This document shows, piece by piece, positions 17,578-25,400 of a stretch of 32,000 nt of DNA. The notes under the pieces were generated by a model that worked only from the letters and a program-made list of their open reading frames with translations, was not told the DNA's origin and did not search any database. The position numbers were made by a program, and so were the translations under genes. This DNA is from Synechococcus elongatus PCC 6301. GTDB taxonomy: Bacteria; Cyanobacteriota; Cyanobacteriia; Synechococcales; Synechococcaceae. Position 1 is the first letter of the stretch. Each line of letters begins with the position of its first letter. The stretch spans positions 2,340,001 to 2,372,000 of the forward strand of contig NC_006576.1 of the NCBI RefSeq assembly GCF_000010065.1, given 5' to 3'.

Positions 17578-19632
17578 TCAAAAAAGATTCGCTTGAACTT
17601 GCGTTCTTCCTTGAATTGAGTTCAGGATCTGCTTAGCTTGTGCCATTAAGCCTTGTAGATAGGGATGGTCTAAGTCAATCGCTTGCCAATCTTGCCCAGA
17701 CTTCTGAATCTTTGCTTGCTGGCGATTGCAATCAATTCTGAGAATCGATCCTTCTGCGTTTGTTAATCGCCAAATTGTTGAGTTGGCAATAGTTTCAGTG
17801 GTGAGTTGATAGGTGCGATCGCCATATAAAAAAGTGATCGAATCTAACTCTTGGCTCAAACGAATGCCAGCAATTTCCAGTTGGAGTTCGCGACGATCGT
17901 TCCAGATGTTTTCGCGCAGGTAATAGGCGACATCCACTCGATCCTCGGGAACGGGGCGATCGCCCCACCGCCAGTAGACAGCTGTCACCTTGGACTGTCC
18001 GTCGCTCAACGTCAGCTTGAGATGCTCTTGACCGTTGCCCATCCGGCGCTGATCGAGAATGGCCAAATTTTTGGCCCAGTAGAGCGGCTCATCATTGGCA
18101 ATGCCAAAAGGCTGGAGCTGCTGTTGCTGCTCAAACAAGTTCAGGCTTGCCAGAGCGATCGGCAATTCTGCATCAATCTGGATGGCTGGACGCCGACAGT
18201 CCACCGGTAAACAGTCAGCTGCAAAGGCTTCCAGGCGCGATCGCCAAGCTGAGAGATTCTCAGCCGACAACGAAAAGCCACCAGCAGCTCGATGCCCGCC
18301 AAAGCGACCGAGTACATCGCGGCAATGTTCCAGCGCAGCAAAGACGTCAAATTCAGGGGTGCCTCGGGCGGACCCCCGCAGATGCCCGTCCTCTTCGTAG
18401 CTAGAAATGAACACGGGTACCCCGTAACGCTCCACCAAGCGGGAGGCCACAATGCCAATCACGCCATGATGCCAATTGGGCTGTGCCAAGACCAGTACCG
18501 CAGTCTGGCGATTATCAAAGCCCTCTGCCTCAACGATTGCGATCGCTTCCTCTGTAATCCGATCGCAGAGCCCGCGCCGCTCTTGGTTGGTCACCTCGCA
18601 AATCCCAGCCAATTCTTGGGCGCGATCGCGGTCTTCGGTGGTCAGCAGCTCAATCACCACCTGCGGATCGCCAATTCGACCGATCGCATTGATCCGAGGG
18701 CCGAGCTTAAAGCCAATATCCTCAGGTTTAAGGCTGCGATCGCTGGTCTTGACGCCTGCCGCCTCCATGAGGGCTTGCACACCCACCAGTTGGGACTGAG
18801 GCAAGAGCCGGAGTCCACGCTGGAGCCAGCGGCGATTCACCCCCGTGAGCGGAGCGAGATCGGCGATCGTGCCGAGGGTATAGAGCTCTAGTAGCGGGCG
18901 AATCAGTTCTGCTTGGCGATTGAACTGCTCCGCCACACAGAGTGCTAACACGTAAGCAACACCGACACCCGCTAGTCCGTGATAAGGCGACTCTTCCGGG
19001 AGAAGTTTGGGATTAAGAATGGCGTTAGCAGGCGGCAATTCTGGTGGGAGATCGTGGTGATCGGTAACAATCACCGTCAGCCCCAACTCGCGGGCTCGAG
19101 CGATCGGTTGATAGGCGGCAATGCCGTTATCGACGGTCAGCACCACTCGGACGCCAGAAGCCGCAAACTCTTCGACAATCCGCTCGTTAATGCCGTAGCC
19201 TTCCTGCATCCGGCTAGGAATGGCGTACTCTGCCTTGGCTCCCAACTGGCGAAAGGTGCGCAGTAGTAAGGCAGTACTGGTCATACCATCGGCATCGTAG
19301 TCGCCGCAGATGGCAATGCGATCGCCGCTGCGAATCGCTTTCTCAAGCAGCAGCACGCTCTCGACGAGGTCTTCAAATTCCTCGCGAGGATCCGGTAATT
19401 CTTGCTGCTCTGGCTTCAGGTAATCCCTTGCGTCAGCGATCGCACCGAGCCCTCGGTTGATCAGCACTTGCGCCAATACGGGCGGCAGATTGAGCGCAGT
19501 TGCCAGCACCGTTGCTTGAGAACTGCTAGGTGCAAGGATCCAACGCTGCTCGGGCAAAGGGGTCGCCGCTTGGGCCGGTAGACTGATCAAGACCTCGGTT
19601 CCAATTCGCTTCTCAATTGTAGGGAGACTCAA
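17578..19632 (-). CDS. recJ: Single-stranded-DNA-specific exonuclease RecJ
   Basis: DHH motifs (IAICGDYDADGMTS, VLTVDNG, VIVTDHH) and DHHA1 (GGHRAAGGFSL). There is no ATG near the N-terminus. The ORF begins at TTG 19632, with TTG 19590 as an alternative. Confidence 0.93.
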   Translation of the reverse strand: MSLPTIEKRIGTEVLISLPAQAATPLPEQRWILAPSSSQATVLATALNLPPVLAQVLINRGLGAIADARDYLKPEQQELPDPREEFEDLVESVLLLEKAIRSGDRIAICGDYDADGMTSTALLLRTFRQLGAKAEYAIPSRMQEGYGINERIVEEFAASGVRVVLTVDNGIAAYQPIARARELGLTVIVTDHHDLPPELPPANAILNPKLLPEESPYHGLAGVGVAYVLALCVAEQFNRQAELIRPLLELYTLGTIADLAPLTGVNRRWLQRGLRLLPQSQLVGVQALMEAAGVKTSDRSLKPEDIGFKLGPRINAIGRIGDPQVVIELLTTEDRDRAQELAGICEVTNQERRGLCDRITEEAIAIVEAEGFDNRQTAVLVLAQPNWHHGVIGIVASRLVERYGVPVFISSYEEDGHLRGSARGTPEFDVFAALEHCRDVLGRFGGHRAAGGFSLSAENLSAWRSRLEAFAADCLPVDCRRPAIQIDAELPIALASLNLFEQQQQLQPFGIANDEPLYWAKNLAILDQRRMGNGQEHLKLTLSDGQSKVTAVYWRWGDRPVPEDRVDVAYYLRENIWNDRRELQLEIAGIRLSQELDSITFLYGDRTYQLTTETIANSTIWRLTNAEGSILRIDCNRQQAKIQKSGQDWQAIDLDHPYLQGLMAQAKQILNSIQGRTQVQANLF

Positions 19633-19637
19633 TTTCC

Positions 19638-20405
19638 ATGCCTGCCTTGCAAGCTCTGATCTTTGATGTCGATGGCACCCTAGCCGAAACAGAACGAGAT
19701 GGACACCGCATTGCCTTCAATCAAGCCTTCGCCGAAGCGGGTCTGGACTGGGATTGGACGCCGGAACTCTACGGCGAACTGCTGAAAATTACTGGCGGTA
19801 AAGAGCGAATTCGTCACTACCTCGATCGCTGGCAACCGGAAGCGCCGGAGGTTGAGGATCAAAAAGCCTGGATTGCTTCGCTGCACGCCGCCAAAAATGC
19901 TCGCTACCACGAACTTCTGCACGGTGGCCACATTGGTTTGCGGCCGGGTGTCGAACGCTTGCTGCTGGAAGCACGGGAGGCTGGTCTGACCCTTGCGATC
20001 GCCACCACCACCACACCAGAGAATGTTCTCACCCTGCTGCGCTGCACCCTGGGCGAGGAGAGCATCGGCTGGTTTGCTGCGATCGGGGCCGGCGATGTGG
20101 TGCCTGCTAAAAAACCAGCACCAGATATCTACACCCACGTGCTCAAGGAACTGCAACTGGAGCCAGAGGTTTGTCTCGCCTTTGAAGATACCGCTGCTGG
20201 TCTAAAGTCCGCTTCTGGTGCTGACCTAGCAACCTTTATCACCCAGGGTTACTACAGCCGCGACCATGACTTTACCGGCGCGATCGCGGTGCTGGATGGC
20301 CTTGGCCATGAAGAAGAACCCTGTCAGGTGATCAGCGGGCCGGACTACCTTGCCCCAGCGGTTCGCCTAGAAGCCCTAGTGGAACTCCACGCCAGCCAAG
20401 CATGA
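19638..20405 (+). CDS. cbbY: HAD-superfamily phosphatase, CbbY type (xylulose-1,5-bisphosphate phosphatase family)
   Basis: N-terminus ALIFDVDGTLAETERDGHRIAFNQAFAEAGLDWDW...TGGKERI closely follows the CbbY pattern as I recall it. HAD motifs I-IV are present (DVDGT, ATTT, KKPAPDIY, EDTAAG). Confidence 0.8.
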   Translation: MPALQALIFDVDGTLAETERDGHRIAFNQAFAEAGLDWDWTPELYGELLKITGGKERIRHYLDRWQPEAPEVEDQKAWIASLHAAKNARYHELLHGGHIGLRPGVERLLLEAREAGLTLAIATTTTPENVLTLLRCTLGEESIGWFAAIGAGDVVPAKKPAPDIYTHVLKELQLEPEVCLAFEDTAAGLKSASGADLATFITQGYYSRDHDFTGAIAVLDGLGHEEEPCQVISGPDYLAPAVRLEALVELHASQA

Positions 20406-20923
20406 GCGCCGTTTACACTCTCGCGGAACTGCAAGCAGCGATCGCGGCGGAGCCCGATCGCTGGCGACCGCTGGTGCTGACCAACGGCTGCTTCGATCTG
20501 CTCCATGCCGGCCATGTGCGCTATCTGCAGGCAGCCCGGAACTTGGGGCGATCCTTGGTAATCGGCCTCAACAGTGATGCTTCGGTACGGGGCATCAAAC
20601 CCCAACCCGAGGGGCAACCGCCCCGCCCGATCGTGCCGGAACAGGAGCGGGCCGAAGTCCTAGCCGCCTTGGGTGCCGTCGATGCCGTTGTCCTATTCAA
20701 TGAGCCGACTGCGACGGAATTGATTCAGGCCTTGCAGCCCGAAATCTACGCCAAAGGGGGAGACTATAGAATTGAGTCGCTACCCGAAGCGCCTGCAGTC
20801 CAGAGCTATGGCGGTGCCATTCAACTGATTGCTGTTGAAGTCCCCAGCTCCACGTCTGCCTTGATTGCGCGAATTCGGGGCGAGTCGGCTGATTCGCTGA
20901 TCAAATCCAGTACCTCGCGCTGA
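20402..20923 (+). CDS. Cytidylyltransferase-fold protein resembling HldE/RfaE domain II (D-beta-D-heptose-1-phosphate adenylyltransferase-like), stand-alone
   Basis: LTNGCFDLLHAGHVRYLQAAR, IGLNSDASVR, YAKGGDY and STSALIARI match the RfaE domain II pattern. No kinase domain is fused. Its ATG overlaps the cbbY stop (ATGA 20402-20405). Confidence 0.75.
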   Translation: MSAVYTLAELQAAIAAEPDRWRPLVLTNGCFDLLHAGHVRYLQAARNLGRSLVIGLNSDASVRGIKPQPEGQPPRPIVPEQERAEVLAALGAVDAVVLFNEPTATELIQALQPEIYAKGGDYRIESLPEAPAVQSYGGAIQLIAVEVPSSTSALIARIRGESADSLIKSSTSR

Positions 20924-21642
20924 TGACTTCGTCTTTGTCTTCCCCCGGGCTCGATCTTGAACAGTTGCGTCAGCGACTCCGCAGTAAAAGCGATCGCCCG
21001 CGACGGCAAGCCATCACCCAGTTATTGAGCTTGGGTGAGCCCGGCATCGAAGTTCTCAAAGACTATCTGCAAGATTGCCGCGATCGCGGCTTTGATTGGG
21101 TCGCGGGCACGATTTTTCGGGAGCTACTGGCCCTGCAGGATGAAGCGATCGCGCTTTACCTCGCGGAAGCTTTTCCCTTTGGGTTGCTCTACCTGCCCTC
21201 GGAAAAAGGCATCGACTACCAGCCAATTCAAGACGCGCTGATCGAAGGGGACTGGCAGGAGGCCGATCGCCTGACCACGGTCAAACTCTGTGAACTAGCG
21301 GGAACGGCTGCCAAAACCCGTAAATGGCTCTACTACACGGAAGTTCTGAATTTTCCGCGACTGGATCTGGAGACGATCGACAAACTCTGGCGGGTCTACT
21401 CCGAGGATAAATTTGGCTTCTCAGTCCAGCGCGAACTCTGGCTGAGCGTCGATCGCGTCTGGGAGCAACTCTGGCCTCGCATCGGCTGGAAGCAAGGCAA
21501 CATCTGGACGCGCTATCCCGGCGCCTTTACTTGGAGTGTGGAAGCACCCCGTGGGCATTTGCCGCTGACCAACCAATTACGTGGGGCGCGGGTGATGGCA
21601 GCGCTGCTAGAGCATCCGGCCTTTTCCGAGCCGCAACCCTAG
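20923..21642 (+). CDS. gun4: GUN4-domain protein (Mg-chelatase / porphyrin-binding regulator)
   Basis: The C-terminal GUN4 domain is recognisable (WQEADRLT...KLCELAG, FPRLDLETIDKLWRVYSEDKFGFSVQRELW). An N-terminal helical domain is present. ATG 20923 overlaps the previous stop by 1 nt (TGATG). Confidence 0.88.
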   Translation: MTSSLSSPGLDLEQLRQRLRSKSDRPRRQAITQLLSLGEPGIEVLKDYLQDCRDRGFDWVAGTIFRELLALQDEAIALYLAEAFPFGLLYLPSEKGIDYQPIQDALIEGDWQEADRLTTVKLCELAGTAAKTRKWLYYTEVLNFPRLDLETIDKLWRVYSEDKFGFSVQRELWLSVDRVWEQLWPRIGWKQGNIWTRYPGAFTWSVEAPRGHLPLTNQLRGARVMAALLEHPAFSEPQP

Positions 21643-21807
21643 CCGTTCTGGCAGTGGATTGTGCCAAGTTGCAATCGCTCTGTTAACGAACTGCCGAGCT
21701 TGTACCCCTCTGGGGTAGGCTATCTCTTAGCTCGTGCGCAACCGAGCCATCGGGATGCCTGAGGCAAGCTGCGGCGGCGTTCTGAACCATTGCTCTCAAT
21801 CTCGTCC

Positions 21808-21813
21808 AGGAGG
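21808..21813 (+). promoter_or_regulatory. Shine-Dalgarno sequence of psbU
   Basis: AGGAGG lies 11 nt upstream of the psbU ATG (21825). Confidence 0.6.
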
Positions 21814-21824
21814 TCTACAAGGGA

Positions 21825-22235
21825 ATGAAACAACTTGCACAGCGACTGTTCTCCTTGGCGCTTGTGCTGGCGCTTGTGCTGGGTATTTCCGTGCAGTCTG
21901 CACAAGCACTGTCTCTTCAATCGCCCCTGCTAGCGGTCGCCGAAGCAGAGATTCGTAACGAAGCTGATGCTCAGCGGATCGAAGCTGGCGGCAAACTCGA
22001 CCTCAACAACATTGGGGTTCGGGCATTCCAACAGTTTCCGGGAATGTACCCCTACCTCGCCAGCAAAATTGTTCTGGGTGGCCCTTACGACTCCGTGGAT
22101 GATGTGCTGAAGCTCGATCTCAGCGATCGCCAACGGGAAGTCTTCGAGCAGTACAAAGAGAACTTCACCGTTACTCCTCCCCGCGACGCCCTCAACGAAG
22201 GGGATGACCGGATCAACAACGGCATCTATCGCTAA
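21825..22235 (+). CDS. psbU: Photosystem II 12-kDa extrinsic protein PsbU (precursor)
   Basis: Signal peptide ending SAQA followed by a helix-hairpin-helix core (LDLNNIGVRAFQQFPGMYPYLASKIVLGGPYDSVDDVLKL) diagnostic of PsbU. Confidence 0.95.
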   Translation: MKQLAQRLFSLALVLALVLGISVQSAQALSLQSPLLAVAEAEIRNEADAQRIEAGGKLDLNNIGVRAFQQFPGMYPYLASKIVLGGPYDSVDDVLKLDLSDRQREVFEQYKENFTVTPPRDALNEGDDRINNGIYR

Positions 22236-22257
22236 GGCCTCGTCCCTGGGTTTGTAA

Positions 22258-22290
22258 GCTCGCAGCGGTCGAAGTCGCTGCGGGCTTTTC
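22258..22290 (+). terminator. Intrinsic terminator of psbU
   Basis: GCTCGCAGCG (22258-22267) pairs with CGCTGCGGGC (22276-22285), giving 10 bp with one G-U and an 8-nt loop. It is followed by TTTTC. Confidence 0.7.
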
Positions 22291-22322
22291 TGTAGCTTGA
22301 TCCCTTTGCCAACGCCCTGCCT

Positions 22323-23975
22323 TTGTCTGACTCTGCTGCGCCTGCTGCCGGTTCCACCGCCTACGACGTGATCATCGTCGGTGCCGGTGCGGCTGGCCTC
22401 TACACCGGTCTCTGCCTGCCGTCCCATTATCGGGTGGCAATTCTCAGTAAGGATCTGCCGCAGCGATCGGCCAGTGACTGGGCGCAGGGGGGCTTGGCGG
22501 CAGTGACAGCTCCAGATGATTCAGCCGATTTGCACTACGCTGACACCCTTAAAGCGGGTGCAGACCTCTGTGAACCGGCAGCGGTCCGCTTGCTGGTTGA
22601 GTCGGCTCCACGTTGTGTGGCTTCGCTGCTTGAACTGGGGGTTGCCTTCGATCGCACGAACGATCATCTGGCCTTGACCCTGGAGGCCGCTCATTCCCGC
22701 CATCGGGTGTTGCACGCGGCTGACACCACGGGGCGGGCGATCGTGACGACGCTGCTTGAGCAAGTTCTGCAGCGCCCCAATCTTGAAATTTTGGCTCAGA
22801 GCCTGGCAGTTGACCTTTGGCGCGATCGCGAGGGTCACTGCTGTGGTCTCTTGCTCCTGCAAGGTCAGCAGCTACGCTGGCTAGCTGCCCGCGCCGTCAT
22901 TCTGGCTTGTGGCGGTGGGGGGCAAGTCTTCTCGCAGACGACCAATCCAGCTTTGAGCACCGGCGATGGCGTGGCTTTGGCAGGCCGAGCAGGAGCGAAG
23001 CTGCGAGATCTCGAGTTTTTCCAATTCCATCCGACTGCACTGGTTTGGCCGGGTGCACCGCGCTTTTTGATCAGTGAAGCAGTCCGGGGCGAAGGGGCTC
23101 ATGTGGTGGATGCCCAGGGCGATCGCTTCCTGTTTCGCTACGACGATCGCGGCGAACTGGCACCCCGCGAAATTGTCAGCCGTGCTATCTACCGGCATTT
23201 ACTAGAGACGGGTACGGAGCAGGTCTGGCTAGATTTGCGACCGATTCCGGCAGCGACCGTCGAGCATCGCTTCCCCAATATCTTGCAGAAGTGTCGCCGC
23301 TGGGGTTTGGATCCCCTCCAGCAACCGCTACCGATTGCGCCTGCTGCGCACTACTGGATGGGTGGCGTCTACACCAATCTCAACGGCGCAACCACTTGTC
23401 CTGGCCTCTACGCCGTTGGCGAAACAGCTTGTACGGGCGTGCATGGAGCCAACCGCCTTGCCAGTAATTCCCTGCTGGAATGTTTGGTGTTTGGTCGTCA
23501 GTTTCAAAACCTGCAACTTCCTGCTGCGATCGCCGCTTCTAGTCGCCTCGATTCAGTCCACCCATTAAGCGTGATGGGCGATCGCGATCGCTGGAAAAAG
23601 CAACGACAAGCGCTGCAGGATTTGGTCTGGAAAGCTGCAGGCATCTGTCGCGATGCCGATCGCTTGCAGGCGGCGTTAGCCCAGGTCGAAGTCTGGCAAG
23701 CCGACTTGGACGCTGAGCCCCTCAGTCAAGCAATCGCGGCGATTCCCCTGGGACAGACCCAGCAGCTAGACGGTCTAGACGCTGAAGCGCTGAGGGATTG
23801 GGGCGAACTGCGCAACCTCTTAGCGATCGCCCAGTTGATCCTCAAAAGCGCTGATTTCCGCACAGAAAGCCGGGGTGGTCACTACCGGAGCGACTACCCC
23901 AAATCCAATCCAGGTTGGCGAGTCCATACGGATGTTCAATCAGGCCGATGGGGCACGACCGCGATCGGGCCATGA
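22323..23975 (+). CDS. nadB: L-aspartate oxidase
   Basis: FAD dinucleotide fold (DVIIVGAGAAGLY), HYWMGGV, the active-site region RGEGA, and C-terminal ESRGGHYRSDYP. The start is uncertain: TTG 22323 as in the track, or GTG 22368. Confidence 0.93.
   Translation: MSDSAAPAAGSTAYDVIIVGAGAAGLYTGLCLPSHYRVAILSKDLPQRSASDWAQGGLAAVTAPDDSADLHYADTLKAGADLCEPAAVRLLVESAPRCVASLLELGVAFDRTNDHLALTLEAAHSRHRVLHAADTTGRAIVTTLLEQVLQRPNLEILAQSLAVDLWRDREGHCCGLLLLQGQQLRWLAARAVILACGGGGQVFSQTTNPALSTGDGVALAGRAGAKLRDLEFFQFHPTALVWPGAPRFLISEAVRGEGAHVVDAQGDRFLFRYDDRGELAPREIVSRAIYRHLLETGTEQVWLDLRPIPAATVEHRFPNILQKCRRWGLDPLQQPLPIAPAAHYWMGGVYTNLNGATTCPGLYAVGETACTGVHGANRLASNSLLECLVFGRQFQNLQLPAAIAASSRLDSVHPLSVMGDRDRWKKQRQALQDLVWKAAGICRDADRLQAALAQVEVWQADLDAEPLSQAIAAIPLGQTQQLDGLDAEALRDWGELRNLLAIAQLILKSADFRTESRGGHYRSDYPKSNPGWRVHTDVQSGRWGTTAIGP
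23578..23591. repeat. HIP1 (GCGATCGC) palindromic octamer, here an overlapping doublet. It stands for dozens of copies dispersed across the whole window.
   Basis: GCGATCGCGATCGC at 23578-23591. Other verified copies are at 80-87, 977-984, 1586-1593, 1706-1713, 2230-2237, 2302-2309, 2663-2670, 3036-3043, 3544-3551, 3562-3569 and 15205-15212. HIP1 over-representation is a known cyanobacterial genome signature. Confidence 0.9.
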
Positions 23976-24023
23976 GCAATCAGCCAGTCTTTCAGAATAT
24001 TGGGCCCGTAGGCCACGCGATCG

Positions 24024-24230
24024 CTAGAGCCAAACGGCTAAACCCAAAACACTGATAAAGACGCCCAGCGTGATTAAGCCAATGATCGTCATCTTGCGTT
24101 CATGGCCATCGATTTCATGCTCGAGGGTCTTTTCCATGCCCTCACGGAAGCTGTCAAAGTATTGCTGCCGCAGCGCTTCCTGTTCTTCGGGGGTCTTTCC
24201 TTCGAGGTCTCGATAATGTTTTTGGGGCAC
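24024..24230 (-). CDS. Small tail-anchored membrane protein (68 aa, hypothetical)
   Basis: A charged, helical N-terminal 45 aa is followed by a single C-terminal TM (MTIIGLITLGVFISVLGLAVWL). Coding status is inferred only from ORF shape and non-random composition. Confidence 0.5.
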   Translation of the reverse strand: MPQKHYRDLEGKTPEEQEALRQQYFDSFREGMEKTLEHEIDGHERKMTIIGLITLGVFISVLGLAVWL

Positions 24231-24461
24231 AGGACATTCCTCAGTTGCAACCGAACGCGAGTAAACCGCTTAAACCAGCCCCTAGCTTGCAATTTCCATC
24301 GCTGTTTGGCAATTGTGAATTGAAATCTGCCCAAGCGCGACTGCATTCGTCGGGATCAGCGCGATCGCAACCAGCGCACTGCAGCGGACGAAAACCGTGC
24401 CCTTCGGCACTCCAGAGGGAGAAGGATCAGCGACCATAGAGGGGCTGTTGTTATCGGACCT

Positions 24462-25400
24462 GTGCCGGTGCTCTCAGAAACCCGTCAACCGTCTGCCTTA
24501 GCGACTGTCTTAGCTCAATTACAGACGGTGCTGCTGGGCAAGGAACGACAAATTCAGTTAGCTGTCGCCTGCTTGTTGGCAAGGGGGCATCTGCTGATTG
24601 AGGATTTGCCGGGTATGGGCAAAACGCTGTTGTCTCAAAGCCTAGCCAATAGTTTGGGCCTCAGCTATCGGCGGGTGCAATTCACCAGCGATTTATTGCC
24701 CGCTGACTTGCTCGGTGTCTCGATTTTTGAGCAGCAAGAACAACGCTTTCGCTTCCATCCGGGACCGATTTTTAGCCAGGTGTTGCTGGCGGATGAAATC
24801 AATCGGGCTAGTCCCAAAACCCAGAGTGCGCTCCTGGAGGCGATGGCCGAACGGCAGGTCAGCCATGAGGGGGAAACCTACCCGCTGCCGCTGCCCTTTT
24901 TTGTGATCGCTACCCAGAATCCGATTGATCAAGCGGGCACGTTTGCACTGCCTGAATCGCAACTCGATCGCTTTTTAATGCGACTGGAATTGGGCTTCCC
25001 CAATCGTCAAGCGGAGCTAGCGATGTTGCGCGGCAGTGATGGCGATCGCCCTAGTGCCGCTTTGTCATCCATCCTCAATGCTGAGGCTTTGCAGGAGTTG
25101 CAACTAGAAGTTGCGAAAGTCCGCGCCAGCGATCCGTTGCTGGAGTACCTATTAGCCTTGGTGCAAGAAAGTCGGCAGCGATCACAGATTCCCAATCCGC
25201 TTTCGCCACGGGCGAGTAAAGCGATTCTGGCGGCGGCCAAGGCTTGGGCCTTTCTATCGGGACGCGATTATGTGTTGCCCGAGGACATCCAGGTGATTTT
25301 CCCGGCTGTGGCCGAACATCGACTGCGGGGCAGTGTCACGGGGCAGGGCGATCGCCGCTATGCGGAATCCTTGCTGGAAAGCGTGGATCCTGTGCGATGA
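24462..25400 (+). CDS. MoxR-family AAA+ ATPase
   Basis: Walker A LPGMGKTL, Walker B LLADEINRASPKTQSALLEAM, sensor region ATQNP...LPESQLDRF. Starts at GTG 24462 or 24468. Confidence 0.92.
   Translation: MPVLSETRQPSALATVLAQLQTVLLGKERQIQLAVACLLARGHLLIEDLPGMGKTLLSQSLANSLGLSYRRVQFTSDLLPADLLGVSIFEQQEQRFRFHPGPIFSQVLLADEINRASPKTQSALLEAMAERQVSHEGETYPLPLPFFVIATQNPIDQAGTFALPESQLDRFLMRLELGFPNRQAELAMLRGSDGDRPSAALSSILNAEALQELQLEVAKVRASDPLLEYLLALVQESRQRSQIPNPLSPRASKAILAAAKAWAFLSGRDYVLPEDIQVIFPAVAEHRLRGSVTGQGDRRYAESLLESVDPVR

Noticed and set aside
17578-17900. The AT-rich 3' end of recJ, encoding a roughly 100-aa C-terminal tail, considered as a possible foreign domain fusion.
   Set aside because: Bacterial RecJ proteins of this length normally carry additional C-terminal domains beyond DHHA1. 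The compositional shift may simply reflect proximity to the AT-rich GT/MT block. There is no frame break or junction signature.
23578-23591. The very frequent GCGATCGC palindromes, sometimes doubled, considered as a possible CRISPR-like or mobile repeat family.
   Set aside because: These are 8-bp HIP1 sites scattered inside coding regions, without regular spacing or unique spacers. This is a known genome-wide cyanobacterial signature, not an array or an element.
24261-24275. An NtcA-like motif, GTAAACCGCTTAAAC, upstream of moxR.
   Set aside because: With the canonical N8 spacing the second half-site reads AAA rather than TAC. AAC appears only at N9. No suitably placed -10 box could be argued.
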